Virus record (IMG/VR): IMGVR_UViG_3300032218_002135
Coordinates: 1-28,931 of that record
Reading direction: 5' to 3' (one strand)
DNA length: 28,931 bases
From: a virus
Lineage: Duplodnaviria > Caudoviricetes
Under the pieces are notes generated by a model. It searched no databases and had not been told where the DNA came from. It saw nothing but the letters and a program-made list of their open reading frames with translations. Numbering within the stretch: the stretch's first letter is position 1; each line of letters begins with the position of its first letter. The translations under genes and the position numbers were made by a program. This document shows positions 1 to 5,061 of the stretch, piece by piece.

Positions 1-123
1 CAAGGCCTAGCAGTCCTATCCCAAGGATCACCGACACTAGAATGTCGGGCCGATGAGCATCGCAAGCCCTACCACGGGTGCCGATGGACGAGAAATTGGG
101 AAGCAGTTGCAAGCAGTGGGAGG

Positions 124-152
124 TTGACAGCCCGCCCAAAAGGCGCTATAAT
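124..152 (+). promoter_or_regulatory. Early sigma70 promoter P1
   Basis: TTGACA (124-129), 17 bp, TATAAT (147-152): perfect consensus; followed by RBS AAGGAGCGAA and ATG 185. Confidence 0.92.
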
Positions 153-183
153 ATACACATACACTAGCAACTAAGGAGCGAAC
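145..183 (+). repeat. 39-bp direct repeat, copy 1 (-10 box + leader + RBS cassette)
   Basis: GCTATAATATACACATACACTAGCAACTAAGGAGCGAAC is identical to 1114-1152. Confidence 0.95.
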
Positions 184-184
184 T

Positions 185-409
185 ATGTTTACACTAGAAT
201 CCCGCAACAACTATGATCAACGCCACGGTGGCCCTTTTGATCGCGGCTCAGCAGACAGCTACTACGGTCGTGGCCGTGACCCACACTACTACCTAGGTGG
301 CACAGGCACTTCAGAGCGTGTTACTGATCTTACCCCAGCAGAAGTACAGGCCTACCTAGCAGGCTATCAGTACAACGAACAGTTTGGCGATAAGAAAAAC
401 TGGGACTAA
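185..409 (+). CDS. Hypothetical early phage protein (74 aa)
   Basis: ORF with its own promoter and strong RBS; Tyr/Gly-rich (GGPFDRGSADSYYGR). Confidence 0.85.
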   Translation: MFTLESRNNYDQRHGGPFDRGSADSYYGRGRDPHYYLGGTGTSERVTDLTPAEVQAYLAGYQYNEQFGDKKNWD

Positions 410-412
410 TGG

Positions 413-441
413 TTGACGCTCTAGCCCAAACCCTGTATAAT
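413..441 (+). promoter_or_regulatory. Early sigma70 promoter P2
   Basis: TTGACG (413-418), 17 bp, TATAAT (436-441); AGGAG at 461-465. Confidence 0.88.
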
Positions 442-471
442 AGACACATCAACAGCAACAAGGAGCAGACT

Positions 472-663
472 ATGGGATACAAGGTTTTGGGCCGTACAGA
501 AGACATCATGCAAGGCTACGGTCCCCGCAAGGGACTAGAAGGACCCTACGTGTTCAACGGTCGTGTTCTGTACTATGATCCCAAAGAAGGTAAGTACTGG
601 GATCCCCGTACAGACTTTTATGTACCCTACGACGAATGGTTTCGGTTGACGGGTTTGATTTAA
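472..663 (+). CDS. Hypothetical early phage protein (63 aa; start revised from 409 to 472)
   Basis: Promoter P2 and RBS AAGGAGCAGA lie inside the longer ORF, so ATG 472 (MGYKVLG) is the likely start; YYDPKEGKYWD motif. Confidence 0.8.
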   Translation: MGYKVLGRTEDIMQGYGPRKGLEGPYVFNGRVLYYDPKEGKYWDPRTDFYVPYDEWFRLTGLI

Positions 664-674
664 TTTAGTACAAT
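646..674 (+). promoter_or_regulatory. Early sigma70 promoter P3
   Basis: TTGACG (646-651), 17 bp, TACAAT (669-674); RBS AAGGAGCGAA at 690-699. Confidence 0.85.
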
Positions 675-701
675 AAAGACATAGCAACAAAGGAGCGAAA
701 C

Positions 702-1088
702 ATGTATAACTGGGATGACCTTATCCGCCCGATGGACTTGCAAGACGCCGTTAACTTCTTGGGAGCCAGCCGCAAACAGTACAACAAGAACACAGGTGAA
801 GGACTCAGCTTCCAAGAGACCTTTGACATGATTGACGAGTGCTCTTGTAATGTGGGCACCAACAAGGACTTTGCCATGATGAAGTCCATCAAAGGCTACA
901 TTGAAGAACAGCTAGCCCTGCGTGAAGCAGAGCTGTGGAAGCAACTGTCTAAGCAGGTTGAAGTCAAGACTGTCAACAAGATGCTCAAAGACGACATGTT
1001 GTTTGAGGACAGTGACGACTACCAGATGACCGATGAAGAAGCCGCAGAGTACTACGGTGACGAGTTTAACGCAGACGAGTACTATTAA
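702..1088 (+). CDS. Hypothetical early phage protein with acidic C-terminus (128 aa)
   Basis: ORF with its own promoter and RBS; D/E/Y-rich tail. Confidence 0.85.
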   Translation: MYNWDDLIRPMDLQDAVNFLGASRKQYNKNTGEGLSFQETFDMIDECSCNVGTNKDFAMMKSIKGYIEEQLALREAELWKQLSKQVEVKTVNKMLKDDMLFEDSDDYQMTDEEAAEYYGDEFNADEYY

Positions 1089-1092
1089 GTGG

Positions 1093-1121
1093 TTGACAGG
1101 TTCACAGTAGCCTGCTATAAT
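1093..1121 (+). promoter_or_regulatory. Early sigma70 promoter P4
   Basis: TTGACA (1093-1098), 17 bp, TATAAT (1116-1121). Confidence 0.92.
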
Positions 1122-1152
1122 ATACACATACACTAGCAACTAAGGAGCGAAC
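1114..1152 (+). repeat. 39-bp direct repeat, copy 2
   Basis: Identical to 145-183. Confidence 0.95.
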
Positions 1153-1155
1153 CAA

Positions 1156-1476
1156 ATGGCTAAGTTACACATCTACACACAGGACCAAGAGAACTACGGT
1201 GCCCATGATTGGGACGGCACAGGTGCTTGCCCGCAGTACTGGAAGTTCAAAGGTGGTGAGGACTTCTTTGTGCCCAAGTTCAAGGGCGGCGATGTAGAAG
1301 CCTCTATGGCTGTAATGGCCCTGCGTGATCAGATTGAAGAGAACAACGACTACTTCCGCCGCCAGATCGTTGGCTGGGCCATTGTGGCTAACAACTTCAT
1401 GACTGACTTTGAGCAGAGCCAGTTGGACTACGAGGGCAAGATCACTTACCCTGCTAAGACCTTGGAGTGGGCATGA
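1156..1476 (+). CDS. Hypothetical early phage protein (106 aa)
   Basis: ORF after P4 and RBS; ENYGAHDWDGxGxCPQYWKFKGG motif. Confidence 0.85.
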   Translation: MAKLHIYTQDQENYGAHDWDGTGACPQYWKFKGGEDFFVPKFKGGDVEASMAVMALRDQIEENNDYFRRQIVGWAIVANNFMTDFEQSQLDYEGKITYPAKTLEWA

Positions 1477-1655
1477 ACCAGTACACTGTGGTCTTTGATC
1501 TGTTTACCTATGAAGGTACAGCACGTATAACCGAAAGCACTAACCAAAACCTAGTGACACAGGTCCTGGCCACTAACCCCTATCAAGCAGAGCGTATGGT
1601 TGTAGCACAGTATGGCGGGGATGAACATGTTTGGGTTAAGACTGTCCATTTGTGA
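1473..1655 (+). CDS. Hypothetical protein (60 aa)
   Basis: ATGA overlap with the previous stop (1473-1476); ends directly before promoter P5. Confidence 0.7.
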   Translation: MNQYTVVFDLFTYEGTARITESTNQNLVTQVLATNPYQAERMVVAQYGGDEHVWVKTVHL

Positions 1656-1684
1656 TTGACAAGACCCTAGCGACACAGTATAAT
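1656..1684 (+). promoter_or_regulatory. Early sigma70 promoter P5
   Basis: TTGACA (1656-1661), 17 bp, TATAAT (1679-1684); RBS AAGGAGCGA at 1702-1710. Confidence 0.92.
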
Positions 1685-1712
1685 AGTACTTTAACACACA
1701 GAAGGAGCGACA

Positions 1713-2609
1713 ATGGCAAAAGGTAAAGTAATGACTCTGCAGACTTTGGCTAAACAAACAGCTGAAACCAAGAGCCTTGAAACGGACAAGGACTATATCC
1801 GTGCTAAAGAAGCGGCTTTGGCCCAAGAGTCCGACGAAGAGATCATGACACGTTTGGCACAGCGTTTTGATATTCTAGAAGACATGACCCGTGCTGTTAA
1901 GCGGGGTGATGTACGTGCTATGATCGTTACGGGCCCTCCAGGTGTGGGCAAGAGCTTTGGTGTAGAGAAGGTACTGAGCAAGCATGATGTGTTTGCCACA
2001 GTAGCAGACGACAAGAAGCTGAAGAAGTACGAAGTGGTCAAGGGTGCGATGTCAGCTATTGGACTCTACAGCAAACTCTACGAGTTCTCAGACACTAAGA
2101 GTATTCTAGTGTTTGACGACTGTGATAGTGTGCTGATGGACGACCTGAGCCTTAACATTCTCAAGGCAGCATTGGACTCAGGTAAGAAGCGTATGATCCA
2201 TTGGAATACGGACAGCCGCTTGTTGCGTAGTGAAGGTGTGCCCAACAGCTTCGAGTTCAAGGGCGGTGCTATCTTTATCAGTAACATCAAGTTCGATCAC
2301 GTTAAGAGCAAGAAGCTTAGAGATCACTTGGAAGCATTGGAAAGCCGTTGCCACTACTTGGATCTAACTATTGATACAGAGCGTGAGAAGATACTCCGCA
2401 TCCGTCAGGTAGTTAACGACTGTGGCATGCTGGATGACTATGAGCTAGAGGACTGGGCCAAGTTGGAAGTAGTGGACTTCATTGAAGCTAACAAACATCG
2501 CATGCGTGAGCTGAGCCTGCGTATGGTGCTTAAGGTAGCAGACATCCGTAAGAGCATGCCCGCTAACTGGAAAGCTGTAGTAGAAGTAACATGTATGCGT
2601 AACCGCTAA
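1713..2609 (+). CDS. AAA+ / P-loop ATPase (298 aa)
   Basis: Walker A GPPGVGKS, Walker B ILVFDDCD, sensor-1-like IFISN, arginine-finger-like ALESR. Confidence 0.9.
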   Translation: MAKGKVMTLQTLAKQTAETKSLETDKDYIRAKEAALAQESDEEIMTRLAQRFDILEDMTRAVKRGDVRAMIVTGPPGVGKSFGVEKVLSKHDVFATVADDKKLKKYEVVKGAMSAIGLYSKLYEFSDTKSILVFDDCDSVLMDDLSLNILKAALDSGKKRMIHWNTDSRLLRSEGVPNSFEFKGGAIFISNIKFDHVKSKKLRDHLEALESRCHYLDLTIDTEREKILRIRQVVNDCGMLDDYELEDWAKLEVVDFIEANKHRMRELSLRMVLKVADIRKSMPANWKAVVEVTCMRNR

Positions 2610-2610
2610 G

Positions 2611-2788
2611 GCTACGCTGTAGTGTACAGCAAGCAGCCGCTAAGAGCTGTGCTGTAGCAGTAGGATAGGCTAGTAGATTCGCTCCCGAACACCTGTCCAT
2701 AAACACTGGCGCCAACAAGGCAACAGTGTTTACATCCTAGGAACCCATAAGCCCGATTCGCTCCCGGCAAGTTCCTAGGATTTTTTTT
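2611..2788 (+). ncRNA. Putative structured small RNA with two anti-RBS loops (GAUUCGCUCCCG x2)
   Basis: Consecutive stems: GCTAC/GTAGC enclosing GCTGTA/TACAGC and GCAGC/GCTGT; GGATAGG/CCTGTCC; TAAACACTG/CAGTGTTTA; ATCCTAGGAAC/GTTCCTAGGAT plus T-run. 12-mer repeated at 2676-2687 and 2755-2766. G-U pairs and the U-tail favour the + strand. Confidence 0.7.
2734..2788 (+). terminator. Intrinsic terminator closing the early region / sRNA
   Basis: 11-bp stem 2734-2744/2771-2781 running into T8 (2781-2788). Confidence 0.75.
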
Positions 2789-3009
2789 GGCTGAGGGGCT
2801 GAGAAATATCTTTTCGTTTGGTGGGGGTCGGGGCATATAAACACAAAACTGTTGTTTAAAAACTACAAGCGCAACGTCTTTTTTCTCCCTCTAAAAAAGT
2901 GGTGTATAGGTGTAAAATCACCACCATGAAATAAAAAGTACTGGTTTCTAAATTTTTACGCGGCTAATTTTTTAGCCTGCAGGACCCATTTCGGGTAAGT
3001 ATTACTACT

Positions 3010-3489
3010 ATGACAATCCTGCCTCTACTACACTATCCCGATCCACGCTTACGTACCATAGCCCAACCTGTAGTGCATTTTGACTCAGCACTAGACGATC
3101 TTGCACAACAGATGTTTCTAACCATGCGACACCATAATGGTATTGGTCTAGCCGCTACACAGGTCAATCAGCATCTACAGCTCATAGTGCTAGATGTACT
3201 AGAACCCTTGGTCTTGGTCAATGCCCGTATTGTTGATCAACGTGATCAGCAAACTCTAGAAGAAGGCTGTCTAAGTGTGCCCAATGTTTTTACTCCCATA
3301 GCACGCTCTTTGGCTATCACTGTAGACTATCAAGATCTCAAGGGCCTGGCACACTCGCTTACAGCCACGGGACTATTGGCACAGTGTATACAGCATGAGC
3401 TAGATCATTTGGCGGGTCGTGTGTTTATAGACGGTCTAAGCCAACTCAAACGCGATAGACTTATTGCACAGGCCAAAAAAAAGCACTGA
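3010..3489 (+). CDS. def: Peptide deformylase
   Basis: All three PDF motifs: GIGLAATQ, EGCLS, QHELDHL; TAAGTA at 2996-3001 upstream. Confidence 0.96.
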   Translation: MTILPLLHYPDPRLRTIAQPVVHFDSALDDLAQQMFLTMRHHNGIGLAATQVNQHLQLIVLDVLEPLVLVNARIVDQRDQQTLEEGCLSVPNVFTPIARSLAITVDYQDLKGLAHSLTATGLLAQCIQHELDHLAGRVFIDGLSQLKRDRLIAQAKKKH

Positions 3490-3501
3490 GTTATCAGTGC
3501 T
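3475..3501 (-). terminator. Intrinsic terminator for the minus-strand micropeptide transcript
   Basis: AGCACTGA-gtta-TCAGTGCT stem (3482-3501) with A-run 3475-3482, read as a U-tract on the minus strand; overlaps the def stop. Confidence 0.7.
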
Positions 3502-3553
3502 GGCTTGTTCGGGCATGTCCCGTATAGTAGTTCAACAGTGATCAACTACTGTG

Positions 3554-3616
3554 TCAGTTAGGTGGATTTTCCAAATGACACATTTGTTTGGTACGCTTGT
3601 ACATATGATTAAACAT
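3554..3616 (-). CDS. 20-aa micropeptide MFNHMYKRTKQMCHLENPPN (not in the ORF track)
   Basis: TAAATA late-type box (3647-3642), RBS AAGGAGG (3629-3623), ATG 3616, TGA 3556-3554, downstream terminator. Confidence 0.6.
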   Translation of the reverse strand: MFNHMYKRTKQMCHLENPPN

Positions 3617-3704
3617 ACTAGCCCTCCTTCTGTTGTAATATTATTTACATCTTTATTTGATTCACTAGTGATAATAGGTAAATATTTAGGTATTTTTCTA
3701 CACC

Positions 3705-3917
3705 ATGCGTCAATACTACATACTTACTTTAGACCCCAGGGCCAGCGAAGTGTTTCAGTTTATACTGCATCACAAGCTCAAGTTGGATGTACACATCAAT
3801 CGTACACGCTTTTGGGTTCCCGAAGGATCAGTCTTAACAGAGTTTATACTACGCTTTAGTGACTGTTGTCCCCCTGTAGATCCTGATCTTGATCTAGCCA
3901 CAGGGCGACCCCTATGA
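3705..3917 (+). CDS. Hypothetical protein (70 aa)
   Basis: ORF; TAAATA at 3679-3684 upstream; ATGA-coupled to the next ORF. Confidence 0.7.
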   Translation: MRQYYILTLDPRASEVFQFILHHKLKLDVHINRTRFWVPEGSVLTEFILRFSDCCPPVDPDLDLATGRPL

Positions 3918-4027
3918 CCTACTTTCTAATATTTCCCGATGGTACTTGCGAACAGTTTTATATTCTGGCCTGTGCTAGGATTTATCAATCTGTGTGGGAT
4001 GGGGAGTTGGTTGGTGTGGCGCTTTAG
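3914..4027 (+). CDS. Hypothetical protein (37 aa, MTYFLIFPDGTCEQFYILACARIYQSVWDGELVGVAL; not in the ORF track)
   Basis: ATGA overlap with 3705..3917; TAG at 4025-4027. Confidence 0.55.
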   Translation: MTYFLIFPDGTCEQFYILACARIYQSVWDGELVGVAL

Positions 4028-4091
4028 TTTTTGCGCCGCTGTGCGCTTCGCGCACTAGTTATAAAATCGCGCACCGCTTCGCGGCTTCTGA

Positions 4092-4757
4092 CTATCTAGG
4101 GCGTCCAGGAAATGGGCGATCTTTTTGACCTGCTTGTGGCTTGGCTTTTTCCTGTGGTTTTTCAACGGGTTTAATCTGTGGTTTGTTTTTGGCCATGGCC
4201 ATGACTTCTTGTGCAACATCTTTGTATACGGCGGGCACAGCATGTACACCGTCACTTAGCTGGCGACCATTGATGTCTATTATGGGCACATGAACTGCGC
4301 TCTTAATGGCCGCACGTACTGAGTCTTGATATTGACTGCCATACCATACAGCATCTTTATTACCGGGGTTGTAGCCCGGACCATTGGGAAACAGCATGAA
4401 CACTACCAATCGTGGTGATCTAGCCTGTACTTGCTCCACTACTCCAGCCACGTCCTGTGCTATGTCACTGGGGTCACGGGCCTTACGACCGTTTTCCTTG
4501 GCCGCACGATAAGCATTGGCCGTGTCGTTGGCGCCTAGACTGACTACCACTACACTGCCCTGGGGTATTTGACCAATGCCTGCCAACATCTTTTGTACAA
4601 AGGGATGTGAACCTCTACTGGGTGCGCCACCTACTGCTAGGTTGTGCCAACCTGCTCCGCCCATTTGTGCTATGGCCACTGCGTGACTGTCACCTATGGT
4701 ATAGTATCCTGGATCCTGTGCCTGTTCTGTTAGGCTGATGATTTCTGCTAGTTTCAT
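4092..4757 (-). CDS. SGNH/GDSL hydrolase (221 aa; start revised to 4757)
   Basis: Block I IGDSHA, block II NLAVGG, block III SLGANDT, block V DGVH; TAAATA 4 nt before ATG (MKLAEIISLTE). Confidence 0.85.
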   Translation of the reverse strand: MKLAEIISLTEQAQDPGYYTIGDSHAVAIAQMGGAGWHNLAVGGAPSRGSHPFVQKMLAGIGQIPQGSVVVVSLGANDTANAYRAAKENGRKARDPSDIAQDVAGVVEQVQARSPRLVVFMLFPNGPGYNPGNKDAVWYGSQYQDSVRAAIKSAVHVPIIDINGRQLSDGVHAVPAVYKDVAQEVMAMAKNKPQIKPVEKPQEKAKPQAGQKDRPFPGRPR

Positions 4758-4770
4758 GGTATATTTATTG

Positions 4771-5025
4771 TCAAGTCCAAGCCAATAGAAATAAGGTCTT
4801 GCTACGGGCACGTTTAAAAGCTATACAGGCATGCCAATAGTCATTGCTCTGTTGCTGTGCATAGGCCCATTCTGCCCAGTGGGGACCGCAGTATCTATTG
4901 AGCCAAAACTCCAACTCGGCCATGGCATCTACCCAATCCAACTGTTGATCCAACAAGCGTGGCCACGGTGCTACCGCTATGTGATCAAACGAGTGATATT
5001 CCGGCAAATAGAATATTCCAGTCAT
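4771..5025 (-). CDS. Hypothetical protein (84 aa, Trp-rich)
   Basis: ORF with TAAATA (5035-5030) 4 nt upstream; fills the gap once the neighbouring starts are corrected. Confidence 0.75.
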   Translation of the reverse strand: MTGIFYLPEYHSFDHIAVAPWPRLLDQQLDWVDAMAELEFWLNRYCGPHWAEWAYAQQQSNDYWHACIAFKRARSKTLFLLAWT

Positions 5026-5029
5026 AAAG

Positions 5030-5054
5030 TATTTAACTTTAAAATGGTTAAATA
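5030..5054. promoter_or_regulatory. Divergent pair of late-type promoters (TAAATA on each strand)
   Basis: TATTTA 5030-5035 (minus, 4 nt to ATG 5025) and TAAATA 5049-5054 (plus, 7 nt to ATG 5062); resembles the T4 late consensus TATAAATA. Confidence 0.7.
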
Positions 5055-5061
5055 TACTACT

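Noticed and set aside
49-101. Hammerhead ribozyme (CCGATGAG...GAAA)
   Set aside because: The core reads CCGAUGA rather than CUGAUGA, stem II is not closed directly before GAAA, and no NUH adjoins stem I
145-1152. CRISPR array from the 39-bp repeats
   Set aside because: Only two exact copies, about 970 bp apart, separated by genes; they are promoter/RBS cassettes
2676-2766. Minus-strand CsrA/Rsm-type sponge carrying GGAGCGAA
   Set aside because: G-U pairs and the U-tract work only on the + strand; not fully excluded without strand-specific RNA data
2612-2836. 74-aa minus-strand ORF over the candidate sRNA
   Set aside because: No RBS, unprotein-like composition; the sequence is better explained by RNA stems and a + strand terminator
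3551-3859. 102-aa plus-strand ORF
   Set aside because: GTG start without RBS; overlaps the micropeptide unit and the better-supported 3705..3917 ORF
4831-5061. N-terminal extension of the 777-aa ORF (likewise 409-471, 4758-4811, 13416-13508, 19888-19947, 26714-26788)
   Set aside because: These extensions overlap neighbouring genes or contain promoters/terminators; downstream ATGs fit the promoter spacing
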